In this document: in pieces, positions 40,263-56,409 of the stretch | How the letters are laid out: each line of letters begins with the position of its first letter | How positions within the stretch are numbered: the first letter of the stretch is position 1 | Origin: the human T2T-CHM13v2.0 reference genome, Homo sapiens | Direction: 5' to 3' (one strand) | DNA: 64,000 nt | Assembly (NCBI RefSeq): GCF_009914755.1 | Contig: NC_060935.1 | Notes under the pieces: model-generated | What the model was told of the DNA's origin: nothing | The model's input: the letters and a program-made list of their open reading frames with translations, nothing else | Databases searched by the model: none | Program-made: the position numbers and the translations under genes

Positions 40263-40352
40263 AAAAGCATTCATATTTCATGTCCAAAGGAAAATGCATC
40301 TTCTAAGTTTTTGGCACCATATACTACTTTTTCCAGAATTCATACAAAGAGT
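40263..40352 (+). CDS. PAAF1: PAAF1 exon 4 KSIHISCPKENASSKFLAPYTTFSRIHTKS
   Basis: Acceptor ctctttgtttag, donor AGT|gtaagt; 90 nt. Confidence 0.95.
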
Positions 40353-41151
40353 GTAAGTATTTTGATAAAATGAAGAGAAAATGTAATAGCATGTTAATTT
40401 TTCATTTTATTTGCTTGTCTAGTGCTATAAACATATTCATAATTAATATGTCTTTCATTTACTTTGCATTGTAAGATGATACAGCTGATGAAGTCTGATG
40501 TGTTTGGCAAAACTGGTACTCTAGTCCACATAGAATATGTGTTCAAATCTACTCACTGGTCATCTTAGAGATTATATGAAATTTCCTTACATATGTTTTA
40601 GGAGAGTTACCAGCTTTCAGATAATGATATAATACTTGATGCTTGGCTAGGTGCAGTGGCTCACACCTGCAATCCTAGCACTTTGGGAGGCAGAGGCAGG
40701 AGGATCACTTGAGGCCAAGAGTTTGAGACCAGCCTGGGCAACAGAGTGAAACCCTGTCTCCACAAAAAAACAAAAATTAGCTGAGCGTGGTGGCACTTAC
40801 CTGTAGTCCTAGCTACTCAGGAGGCTGAGGTGGGAGAATTTTTTGAGCCCAGGAGTTGGAGGCTGCAGTGAGCTGAGATTATGCCACTGCACTGCAGCCT
40901 GGACTCTGTCTCCAAAAAATAAATAAAAATAAATAAATTTGTAATAGTTGATGCTTATATAATAATGCTGCTGCTCATATTTTATTCCTTTTCCTATAGG
41001 ACAGGGATATTTTCTCAAAATTTCAAATATACCACATTGAGGAATAATTTTCAAAGGTCTTTGTGATATAAAGCCTTTTCTACTACCATGGGCTTCTTGG
41101 AAGCAGAAGTGAGAAATTGCTAGATAAAACTGATTATGTTGAAGCCATTCA

Positions 41152-41545
<394 letters not shown>

Positions 41546-42556
41546 TTAGTGATGAAAATTTAGGACATGTAAAAAAAGGAGAATCACTCATATTTCTGTA
41601 TCCTAAAGATAACTGTTAGGAACTTTTGTTGTATATCCCTTTTAAATAATAATCATAGTAGTAAAGCTCACATTTATTGATTGCCTACTATGAGCCAGCA
41701 CTGTGGCAACTCTACATATCATTATTTTACTTAATACTCTGTCTTTTCCTTAAATATTTTACCAAAATGGGTTTTTACATTACATGCTATTTTATAACTT
41801 GCTTTTTGTTTTGTTTTGTTTTTGTTTTGAGATGGAGTCTCGCTCTGTTGCCCAGGCTGGAGTGCAGTGGTGCAGTCTCGGCTCACTGCAAGCTCCACCT
41901 CCTGGGTTCACACCATTCTCTGCCTCAGCCTCCCGAATAGCTGGGATTACAGGTGCCTGCCACCACGCCCGGCTAATTTTTTTTGTATTTTTAGTAGAGA
42001 CGGGGTTTCACTGTGTTAGCCAGGATGGTCTCAATCTCCTGACCTTGTGATCCGCCCACCTCGGCCTCCCAGAGTGCTGGGATTACAGGTGTGAGCCACC
42101 GTGCCCAGCCTATAACTTGCTTTTTATTACTTAATTATATGTCCATTATTCTATGCTGTCTTTCAATGTATCCTTCTAAGAGCTGCATGGTATTCTATTG
42201 ATGAGTTTACTATAATTTAATTTAACAGTTTTATATTACTGGACATTCAGGTGTTTCCAGTTTTGTGATTTTGTATTTTTATGAATACATTTATAGCTAA
42301 AGTTTTGCTCCCAAAGATGGGAAGAAATTAGAATACATTTGTAAAAGTGGAATTGCTAAGTCATAGGGTGTGGGAATTATGAGGCTTTGGGTGTGTTCTA
42401 ATGCATTGCCGCTTAACTGATGTATAGAGTCAATTGTTGCTCTTCATTTCCTCTGTAAAACATACCGTTAGGTTGAAAGTTTATCAAGAGTCAATTGTAA
42501 TGCCAGTTATATTATTTTTGAAATTATATAAATTAATTAAATCTTATGTTAAATCA

Positions 42557-43109
<553 letters not shown>

Positions 43110-43643
43110 TTAAAAATTTTTATTCTTATTTTTTGTAGCGGTGGAGTCCTGCTCTGTTGCCCAGGCTGGTCTCAAACTCCTGACTTCAAGCAGTCCTCTC
43201 TCCTTGGCTTCCCAAAATGCTGGGATTATAGGTATAAGCCACTGTGCCTGGCCTTTATACATCATTTTTTATTATTTTCTGCTTTAACTGAGGGAGAAGG
43301 CAATTCACCTCTTGGGAGAGTTGGGAATGCCGCTCACCTTTTGAGAAGTAAGTCATTTTAAAAATCATTTACAGGCTAGGCACAGTGGCCCATGCCTGTA
43401 CCCAGCACTCTGGGAGTCCAAGGCAGGAGGATCACTTGAGCCCAGGAGTTTGAGACCAGCCTAGGCAACATAGTGAGACCTTGTCTCTACAAAAAAATAA
43501 ACAAAATAGGCTGGTTGTAGTGGCTCACACCTGTAATCCCATCACTTTGGGAGGCTGGGGTGGGCAGATCAATTGAGGCCAGGAATTCAAGACCAGCCTG
43601 GCCAACATAATGAAACCCCATCTCTACTAAAAATATAAAAATC

Positions 43644-43794
43644 GGAGGGAAGGGATAGCATTAGGAGATGTACCTAATGTTAAATGACGAGTTAATGGGT
43701 GCAGCACACCAGCATGGCACATGTATACATATGTAACTAACCTGCACATTGTGCACGTGTACCCTAAAACTTAAAGTATAATAATAAAAAAAAA
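43644..43794 (+). mobile_element. Very short 3' end of a young primate L1 (L1PA2-4 type) inserted in an Alu A-linker
   Basis: GGGATAGCATTAGGAGATGTACCTAATGTTAAATGACGAGTTAATGGGTGCAGCACACCAGCATGGCACATGTATAC...CCTAAAACTTAAAGTATAATAATAAAA. Confidence 0.9.
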
Positions 43795-45405
43795 TCTACT
43801 AAAAAAAATAAAAATAAAAAAAAAATCAGCTGGGCATGGTGGCACACGCCTGTAATCCCAGCTACTCCGGAGGCTAAGGCACAAGAATCGCTTGAACCCA
43901 GGAGGCAGAGGTTGCAGTGAGCCGAGGTTGCGCCACTGCACTCCAGCCTGTGTTACTGAGCAAGACTCTGTCTCAAAAAATAAAATTAGCTGGATGTGGT
44001 AGTGTGTGCCTGTAGTCCCAGCTGCTCGAGAGGCTGGGATGGAAGGATTGCTTGAGCCTAGGAGGTCAGGGCTGCAGTGAGCTGTGATTGTGCCATTGCA
44101 TTCCAGGCTGGGTGACAGAGTGAGACCATGTCTCAAAAACAAACATAACTGTGCTCCTTTTCTATTTCTTATTCTCTTTTTATTTGAGCTTACTGAAAGA
44201 TGATTCATCCATTTATTAATCACCTACTATATTTCAGCCAGTCTTCTGGATACTGAATAAAATAAATAAAACTGCCCTTATAGATCTTACATGCTAGAGA
44301 TGTGGGACTAGACGTGATTTGCTGATGACTTGGATGTTAAGTATGAGAGAAAAGGAGGAGTTGGGATGATTCAAAAAATTTTGGCCTGAGAAGTAGGTGA
44401 ATTGTGTTCCATTTACTAATTGGAGGAGGAGGAGTTGTATTGGGATGGGGCAGGGGAAATAAAAGTTTTCTTTGGACATGTTCAGTTTGAGGTTTCCAGT
44501 CTAGCCTAGGTGTTCACTGCCTACCAGCAAGCAATTGGATAGATACCACCTGTATCAGGACAGAACCTGAAGTATGTTGCTTACAAGTAAAGGATCCACT
44601 ACTAAGTTAGCAGTCCTTTTATTCCGAGGAAGCAAAATGAAGAAGAAAAGTCTTAGAAAATGTTAGAGTTGATGGATATATCCCTATAGTTCTTCCCAAA
44701 CTTATTTATTATGGTTTAATTGACATAGAACAAAGTAAAATGGAAAGTTGGATAATTAAAGCCAAAGTCCCTACTTTTTTCTTAATAACTTATGTGGGAA
44801 TTATTGTTGCTGGGAATGTGTCTGGAATTGCATATCTTGGTCCATCATTTCTGGAGCATTTGCAGCTGGTTGTTTTTTAATAAAAGTGTACATGTATGCA
44901 TGTGTATAAAAGATTTGTTATTCTGATAATGGCTTATGCATGAAGTGATTGCTGATACTGAAATTACAAAAGTGAGGCTGGGCGCGGTGGCTCACGCCTG
45001 TGATCCTAGCACTTTGGGAGGCCAAGGCAGAAGGATAGCTTGAGCCCAGGAGTTCAAGACCACCCTGGGCAACATAGGGGGACCCCATCTCTCCAAAAAA
45101 AAGTTAAAAAATTAGCTGGACATGCCAGCCCATGTTTGTAATCTCAGCTATTGGGAAGCTCAGGCAGGAGGATCACTTGTTCCTGAGAGGCTAAGGCTGT
45201 AGTGAGTTGTAATCATGCCCCTGCACTTCAGCCTGAGCAACAGAGTGAGACCCTGTCTTTAAAAAAAACACAAAAACTATAAAAGTGAGTTTGGAAAACA
45301 AAAAGTGAATCTGAAATTTCTCTATTCTTTATTCTGAAAGATCTATATCTGTATATTTTCTATAGCTATACCTATATATAGGTATATGTGGAAATATCTG
45401 AACTC

Positions 45406-47420
45406 TTTTTTTTTTTTTTTACGATGTTTCTTTTTTTCTTTTTTTCTTTTTTATTTATTTATTTTTTTATTGATCATTCTTGGGTGTTTCTCGCAGAGGG
45501 GGATTTGGCAGGGTCACAGGACAATAGTGGAGAGAAGGTCAGCAGATAAACAAGTGAACAAAGGTCTCTGGTTTTCCTAGGCAGAGGACCCTGCGGCCTT
45601 CCGCAGTGTTTGTGTCCCTGGGTACTTGAGATTAGGGAGTGGTGATGACTCTTAAGGAGCATGCTGCCTTCAAGCATCTGTTTAACAAAGCACATCTTGC
45701 ACCGCCCTTAATCCATTCAACCCTGAGTGGATACAGCACATGTTTCAGAGAGCACAGGGTTGGGGGTAAGGTCACCGATCAACAGGATCCCAAGGCAGAA
45801 GAATTTTTCTTAGTACGGAACAAAATGAAAAGTCTCCCATGTCTACCTCTTTCTACACAGACACGGCAACCATCCGATTCTCAATCTTTTCCCCACCTTT
45901 CCCCCCTTTCTATTCTACAAAACCGCCATTGTCCTCATGGCCCGTTCTCAATGAGCTGTTGGGTACACCTCCCAGACGGGGTGGTGGCCGGGCAGAGGGG
46001 CTCCTCACTTCCCAGTAGGCGCGGCCAGGCAGAGGCGCCCCTCACCTCCCGGACGGGGCGGCTGGCCGGACGGGGGGGCTGACCCCCCAGACCTCCCTCC
46101 CCGACGGGGCGGCTGGCCGGGCGGGGGGGCTGACCCCCCCACCTCCCTCCTGGACGGGGCGGCTGGCCGGGCAGAGGGGCTCCTCACTTCCCAGTAGGGG
46201 CGGCCGGGCAGAGGCGCCCCTCACCTCCCAGACGGGGCGGCTGGCCGGGCAGAGTGGCTCCTCACTTCCCAGTAGGGGCGGCCGGGCAGAGGCGCCCCTC
46301 ACCTCCCGGACGGGGCGGCTGGCCGTGCGGGGGGCTGACCCCCCCACCTCCCTCCCGGACGGGGCGGCTGGCCGGGCGGGGGGCTGACCCCCCCCACCTC
46401 CCTCCCGGACGGGGCGGCTGGCCGTGTGGGGGGCTGACCCCCCCACTTCCCTCCCGGACGAGGTGGCTGCCAGGCGGAGACGCTCCTCACTTCCCAGACG
46501 GGGTGGCTGCTGGGCGGAGGGGCTCCTCACTTCTCAGACGGGGTGGCTGCTGGGCGGAGGGGCTCCTCACTTCTCAGACGGGGCGGTTGCCAGGCAGAGG
46601 GTCTCCTCACTTCTCAGACGGGGCGGCCGGGCAGAGACGCTCCTCACATCCCGGACAGGGTGGCAGGGCAGAGGTGCTCCCCACATCTCAGACGATGGGC
46701 GGCCGGGCAGAGACGCTCCTCACTTCCCAGATGTGATGGCGGCCGGGAAGAGGCGCTCCTCACTTCCTAGATGGGATGGCGGCCGGGCAGAGAGGCTCCT
46801 CACTTTCCAGACTGGGCGGCCGGGCAGAGAGGCTCCTCACTTTCCAGACTGGGCAGCCAGGCAGAGGGGCTCCTCACATCCCAGAAGATGGGCGGCCAGG
46901 CAGAGATGCTCCTCACTTCCCAGACAGGGTGGCGGCCGGGCAGAGGCTGCAATCTCGGCACTTTGGGAGGCCAAGGCAGGCTGCTGGGAGGTGGAGGTTG
47001 TAGCGAGCCGAGATCACACCACTGCACTCCAGCCTGGGGCACCATTGAGCACTGAGTGAACGAGACTCCGTCTGCAATCCCGGCACCTCGGGAGGCCGAG
47101 GCTGGCGGATCACTCATGGTTAGGAGCTGCAGACCAGCCCAGCCAACACAGCGAATCCCCGTCTCCACCAAAAAAACACGAAAACCAGTCAGGCGTGGCG
47201 GCGCGCGCCTGCAATTGCAGGCACTCGGCAAGCTGAGGCAGGAGAATCAGGCAGGGAGGTTGCAGTGAGCTGAGATGGCAGCAGTACCGTCCAGCTGGGC
47301 ATCAGAGGGAGACCGTGGAAAGAGAGGGAGAGGGAGACCGTGGGGAGAGGGAGGGGGAGGGGAAGGGGGAGGGAGAGGGAGAGGGAGAGGGAGAGGGAGA
47401 AGGAGAGGGAGAGGGAGAGG
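45406..47420 (-). mobile_element. Full-length SVA retrotransposon (~2.0 kb), antisense in PAAF1 intron 4
   Basis: Read on +: T tail, SINE-R (45470-45960), GC-rich VNTR (45965-46945), Alu-like domain, then (AGAGGG)n hexamer 47325-47420. TSD AATA(T/G)CTGAACTCTT at 45393-45407 and 47421-47435. Confidence 0.96.
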
Positions 47421-47567
47421 AATAGCTGAACTCTTGAATCCTCCTGGTGCATCTTAGAACATTATCTTTTGTGTAAGTGGGTTCCTAAGAATTAGGAGAG
47501 GTATCTTAATTTTCTTTTTATTTTTTATATTTACTTTAAAATTTTTTGTAGAGATGGAGTCTCATTA

Positions 47568-48113
<546 letters not shown>

Positions 48114-48296
48114 TCAGCCTTGTTGGGAGGTTGGTGATGATAACTCAACCTTTACATCAAACACAAGTCCTTTTGTTGGGAAACACAGGCTTCAGGAAGT
48201 CTTGGAAGAGTGAAAAAAGGGAAGTTTATAACATATTTCAAGGGAATAAGAGTATTTCATTATTTCTAACACATTGTTTGTTTTCTCTTTGAACAG

Positions 48297-48395
48297 ATAA
48301 CATGCCTGGACATTTCCAGCAGAGGAGGTCTTGGTGTGTCTTCTAGTACTGACGGGACCATGAAAATCTGGCAGGCTTCCAATGGAGAACTCAGG
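48297..48395 (+). CDS. PAAF1: PAAF1 exon 5 ITCLDISSRGGLGVSSSTDGTMKIWQASNGELR (WD repeat)
   Basis: Acceptor ctctttgaacag, donor AGG|gtaaag; 99 nt; S-x-D-G-T-x-K-I-W WD motif. Confidence 0.96.
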
Positions 48396-48551
48396 GTAAA
48401 GGATTTGGATGTACTTTTAGGTCTTAAACACAAAGGGTGGTCTGAGAAGCCTTGGACTGGGACATGGAAGGAAGAATGGCCCATTCTAAAAATGTGGGAC
48501 CACTCTGCATGTCAGTTGATCTCTTTTCTCCCATTTGTGTGTTTCTTTTTC

Positions 48552-48582
<31 letters not shown>

Positions 48583-48584
48583 GA

Positions 48585-48899
<315 letters not shown>

Positions 48900-49420
48900 T
48901 GATTTGGCAGAACAGAGTGGGGCTGGAGCAGTTAAGGAGCCAGACCAGTGAAGGTCTAAGTGGGTGTGCCCTTGTTTTTTAATTGCCTTCAGTGATCCAT
49001 TTCCAAGACAGAATAGCTTGGCTGTTAGACTGAATCTATGGCTGAGCCTCCAACCTTTACAAAGGATTTTAAACAGAGATGAGTGAAAAAGTCCCCAAGC
49101 CACCTCAGCTCTTTAACTAGATCTAGAGATGGCTGTGAAAGCCATGGAATTCTTTTTTTTTTTTTTTAACCTAGGCTCTGGGGTGTTTTTACATGGAATT
49201 CAGTTCTATAACCTCTATAGCTGAATTCGAGGAAACACCTTTTAGAACACTGCCTGCTAGACAAATGAGCTAAGAGATCCTTTGGATATCCTTAGTTTTA
49301 AAACCCAGCATGTGGGTTTAGCATGTAGGTATTTCATATAAGGGACCAGAGTATGGGAGGTAAGAGAACATCAAGGGATGGACAAGAGAACTAGCATGGA
49401 ATTTTCTTTTGTTTTTCCAG

Positions 49421-49571
49421 AGAGTATTGGAAGGACATGTGTTTGATGTGAATTGTTGCAGGTTTTTCCCATCAGGCCTTGTGGTCCTGAGTGGGGGAAT
49501 GGATGCCCAGCTGAAGATATGGTCAGCTGAAGATGCTAGCTGCGTGGTGACCTTCAAAGGTCACAAAGGAG
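49421..49571 (+). CDS. PAAF1: PAAF1 exon 6 RVLEGHVFDVNCCRFFPSGLVVLSGGMDAQLKIWSAEDASCVVTFKGHKG(G)
   Basis: Acceptor tttttccag, donor GAG|gtatga; 151 nt; GH...KIW WD40 repeat. Confidence 0.97.
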
Positions 49572-49851
49572 GTATGAAGTGTGCTTTCTCCAAAAGGCTT
49601 CTCTAATGATCCCCAGAAATGAATCACTGAAAAGGTAGAAACAAGCTAGTTTATTCACAAATACACAAATAATCCATCCAGCTGGGCATTTAGATGAGCT
49701 GCCATTTCCCTAAGGACCAGAAATTCCTTTGCCACACAGTCTTTTTATTGCTATCTTGAACTGTCTTACACAGTTGGTTTGATACCTAAAGCCTTTTCCA
49801 GCTGGGTGCAGTGGTGCATGCCTGTAATCCCAGCTTTAAAAGTTGTTTTCT

Positions 49852-50393
<542 letters not shown>

Positions 50394-51041
50394 TTAAAAA
50401 TGGATTAGCCATATAACCAGTTAATATCAGATTATAGATATACAGTGGGAACATCTTCCCTTTGTAACTGAGTTTTGTGGGGAAAAAATATTATTTAGGT
50501 ATGTTTTATCCTTAATTGGAGTATTAAAAAGGAGATAAGTATGCTATTCCTATTTTACAAGTTTGAATATTTTAAAAATATGTGATAATATCCCCAAATA
50601 ATTCCTTGATCCTTCTTCTGGAACCATAATACATATTGCGTGTACCACTCATTTGGGAATTAATTTGTATTGCCCTCTACTTCTGGGATTTTTAACTCTG
50701 TGTTTTTGTGAACCTCAGTACATTGTAACTTGTGTGTGGAGATCAAGTTTTAAGATTTTTTTTTTTTTTTAAGATGGAGTCTCACTCTGTCGCCTAGGCC
50801 GGAGTCCAGTGGCATGATCTCAGCTCAGTGTAACCTCTGCTTCCCAAGTAGCTGGGACTACGGGTACACGCCCCACACCTGGCTAATTTTTGTATTTTTA
50901 GTAGAGATGGGGTTTCACCATATTGGTCAGGCTGGTCTCAAACTCTTGACCTCAGGGTGATCCACCAGCCTCGGCCTCCCAAAGTGCTGGGATAACAGGC
51001 ATTAGCCACTGCGCCTTGCCTTTTTTTTTTTTTTTTTTTAG

Positions 51042-51233
<192 letters not shown>

Positions 51234-51814
51234 TAAACTGGCCTCAAGTGATCTGCCTACCTTGGCCTCCCAAAGTGCTGGGATTACAGGTATGAGCCAC
51301 TGCGCCTGGCCCAAGTTTTAAGTTTTAATATTTCTTTATAACATTTTGCCAGATTACATGCTGATGTTTTAGCAAACACACACATTAACCTAAGTACATA
51401 AATGGTTTACTTCCATGATGTAAGAAAACGGGTACATTGAGAGGGAATAGAAACAATATTCAGAGCCTTCCTTACATTACTGAAGAACTCATCACCTCCT
51501 GAAGAACTGAGAGATTGAAGGAGTCAGAATGGCCTACAGATCTGGGGAGTCCAGGAGCCAAAGTAGTCTAGAGGAACAGTGCAAGCTTCACCTCCGATCT
51601 GGCCATCCCTCTGAAGGTGTGGGCACAGGAAAACATTTCAGTGGAACAAGTCATGACTCAGCATGTTGAACTTAATTAACAAGATGCATATTCAACATCA
51701 GTGCACATCCAGTTTATAAATACCTTTGGATCACTGCAATTATTGTTCCCTTTACAGAATCCTAAGTCTCCCAACATTCCTTAATTCTCCCTAAGAATAT
51801 GTATGGACCTTTAG

Positions 51815-52147
<333 letters not shown>

Positions 52148-52523
52148 TAGAATGTTAAATCAATTTAGATATAAGCTTTTATTCATGTAGTTGTTCCATT
52201 CTTTTGGCCTTGTGAGAAAGTCCTGGGGTAGAGTAGTGCCTTCTGCAGAGTATAACAGCCCTGACTTTTTTCTTGAGAAGGGAGTTTTTAGTAGATTGAA
52301 CGGAATGATATACTTTAGAAGAAATGACATGAAGTCAGATCCAGGCTGGCCTCTTATCAGGTCACAAAGGCTCCTTTCCAGTTCGTTGAATAAAGTAGCC
52401 CCAGGTTTGGGGTTGCCCATTCTTCCACAGCGTGGCAAAAATCAGGATTGATCTCTGATAGCTTAACAGCGTATATATAGATAGATCTGATAGCTTAGCA
52501 ACCTATAGATTGACCGATCATCA

Positions 52524-52967
<444 letters not shown>

Positions 52968-54120
52968 TCACCCCTGTAATCCCAGTACTTTGGGAGGCCG
53001 AGGTGGGAGGATCACCTGAGGTCAGGAGTTCAAAACCAGCCTGGCAAACATGGTAAAACCCTGTCTCTACAAAAAATACAAAAATTAGCCAGGTGTAGTG
53101 GTGTGCGCCTGTAATCCCAGCTACTTGGAAAGCTGAGGCAGGAGAATCACTTGAACCTGGGAGGCAGAGGTTGCATTGAGCCAAGATTGCACTACTTCAC
53201 TCCAGCCTGGGCAACAGAGCGAGACTCCGTCTCAAAAAAAAAAAAAGTATATATATATACATAAATTGGTCCCCCAATTGTGTGTGTGTGTGTATTTAAA
53301 TATATATAACTAAAGGATTAGTTTGTTCTCTACTTAATTAACAAGCAGAGGTAAGGTTTCTGTGTATGCTGAATTTTTCAAGTGGAAAGGTAGACTAAAA
53401 GTAGTTTTGTGATTGTAACATATGAGTTCAATAAGTAATTCTAAAATGCACTTTAATCAGTTTGAAGTTAAATTGCCCAGGCCATTTAAGTAAGCTTGTG
53501 AAATTTGGGGATATACATTTATAATCCTAATTCTTTATAATAAGCATTACATCTTTCATAATCAGTGAAACATTGAGACCAAATTACACCCTATTTTAGT
53601 TAACTAGTTGGCTTTATTTTTATTTTTTTTCTCATAATGGTAGTGGAAATGCTTACATTTATAGAATAATTTTAAGAAACCAGGTTGCAGTATCAGCACT
53701 TGCGCCATTATTTTCCAAGTCTTAAATACTTTCTTAGAAATTGGCTATGCCGCCTCCAAGTAATAGGAGGTGCTTCAAGGCTTATTTTTTTTTCGGAGAT
53801 CTGAGTCATAGCCATTAATTTTCCCATATACGCATGTATGTATATTGCTCCCTAGCAACATTAAAACAGCTTAATATGATAGAGAAACTAAATAAATACA
53901 CTTGTTAAGAATATACACCTGGGAATATGAAATTTGCTTTATTTCTTACAAATATTTATTTCAGGAATAGTTTCATCTAATGTTATTCGTATTTCCAGAC
54001 TTTGGCTGGGATGCTCGTATGTGATTCTGCTGAATCTTTTCTTGAAGGCAAATGCTTTTGTGTTCTGGTTTGTATGGTGAAGACTTGTATCTATTTGGTT
54101 TGATATCTAAAGCCTTTTCC

Positions 54121-54300
54121 AGCTGGGTGCAGTGGTGCATGTCTGTAATCCCAGCTATTTGGAAGGCAAAGGTAGGTAGATCTCTTGAGGCCAGGAGTTC
54201 AGGGCTGCAGTGTGATATAATTGTGCCTGTGAATAGCAATGGCACTCTAGTCTGGGCAATATAGTGAGATCCCATCTCAACAAAACAAAACAAAAATAAC
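54121..54300 (+). mobile_element. FAM/FLAM-type Alu monomer
   Basis: Monomer with GTGCCTGTGAATAGC motif; imperfect TSD AAAGCCTTTTCCAGCT / AAAGCTTTTTGCAGCT. Confidence 0.75.
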
Positions 54301-54305
54301 AGTAA

Positions 54306-54608
<303 letters not shown>

Positions 54609-55391
54609 TGATCCTCCCTCATTGGCCTCCCAAAGTGCTGGGATTACAGGCATGAGCTACCATGCCTAGCCAAAATTGCTACTTTGATAGCTTCTTTCTA
54701 AAGTCATTCTTCATAGGTTCCCACTTCTCTAGGCTCCTCTTTTCTTTATTCTTGTCGTGTAAGTGTTAAGAGACCCACACTAGATGCTGTTACATTATGA
54801 GTGACATTTTATTTACTAAAGAGAGGGTGATAATTTTCCACTCTGCTTTTATAGAAAAGGAAAACTATCTAGATTGCAGCTCTTTGGTGAGTATTACTTG
54901 AAATTTATACACAATTAATAATATAGTCAGCTTTCTAGCCACAGCTATAGCATCCCTGCCTTGAATACATACTTTTCAGAATTTTTTTTTTCCAAAAGCA
55001 TGTATCACTTCCGTGGAACTCAGTAGCATTTTGAAATAGTGGTTGGAACTTCCAGTAGAGACATAAGGAGATCTTTGATTGCTTAATAAGAGCTGAAAGA
55101 CCTTCCTTATGGTGATTCCTTAGGATTCTTAAAAGCTCTAAGATACTTTCTAATTAGATTTTTGCTGAATGTATTATGGAGTTGAAATAGAAATGTAGAT
55201 TTTCCAAACTCAAAATACTTTAGTGACCAATTGCAAAATAAGAAACAAGATGGCAGCAAACCATATGGGCTTGATAGATCTGTTTTTGAAAGGAAGACTG
55301 AAAAATCTTTTCTCTAGTGGCCTATATCCAGTGGGTATATAGCTGTGAGAATTACATTTACCTAACAACCGTTGCCAGCTGTATAAATTGA

Positions 55392-55580
<189 letters not shown>

Positions 55581-56409
55581 TAGTAGAGACGGGTTTCGCT
55601 ACGTTGGCCAGGCTGGTCTTGAACTCCTGGCCTCGAGTGATCTGCCCGCCTCAGACTCCCAAAGTGCTGGGATTACAGTTGTGAGGCACTGTACCTGGCC
55701 TGGATTTAGTTTTTATTTTAAATTGGATCTATTTGAAAAGTTACACTATAGTGATTAGGTCCCACCTGAGTTGCTTTTAATGATATTTTCTCACACAGAC
55801 CCTAAATTGGCTACTTTTTAAAGCTGTGGCATTTTCTTAAACTCATCTTTTTCTAAACAAAGTGAAATTTCCAGTAAGACTTGAGAGACATGTGGTTAAT
55901 CACATTGGATTGGCACTTGTACGTTACGCTGAGTTGCTGTAGAGTTTTTGTCAAGGTTTGTGTATCTGAAGTCATTTCATTTTAAGAGGAAAGAAAGTAT
56001 GCTAAAGACCACTAATTAGCTATGTGACTTTTGGTCAGTTACTCTTAATTTATTGGGCACCTATACTAAGCATCGTTAAATGGGTTTTAATGAAACAAAT
56101 ACTAGCCCTGCCTGGATCACCATAGGGTTGCACTACCTCTCTACTCCATACAACTCTGTGTTTTTACACCTGTACCATTGTATTGTATGTCTTTTTTTTT
56201 CCAGATATATTCTGTTTGTGTATTTTTTCTCTTTTTTTTTTTCCATTGTAAGTCTTTATGTCTATAATCAACTCTATTTTTTTATGCTGTGTATTCCTGA
56301 GGCTAGGGACCATAGCAAATATTCAGATTATAGATAATAAAGGGCTTCAAAAACTATAAAATCGATAGGCATTTTGGACATTATAACACTCGATCTTAAT
56401 TCCATCATC

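Noticed and set aside
45965-46945. Array of ~35-50-nt repeats superficially like a CRISPR array
   Set aside because: It is the SVA VNTR: tandem units with no unique spacers, in a eukaryotic context.
45639-47457. Long Gly/Arg/Pro-rich ORFs up to 211 aa
   Set aside because: Translations of the SVA SINE-R, VNTR and hexamer repeats.
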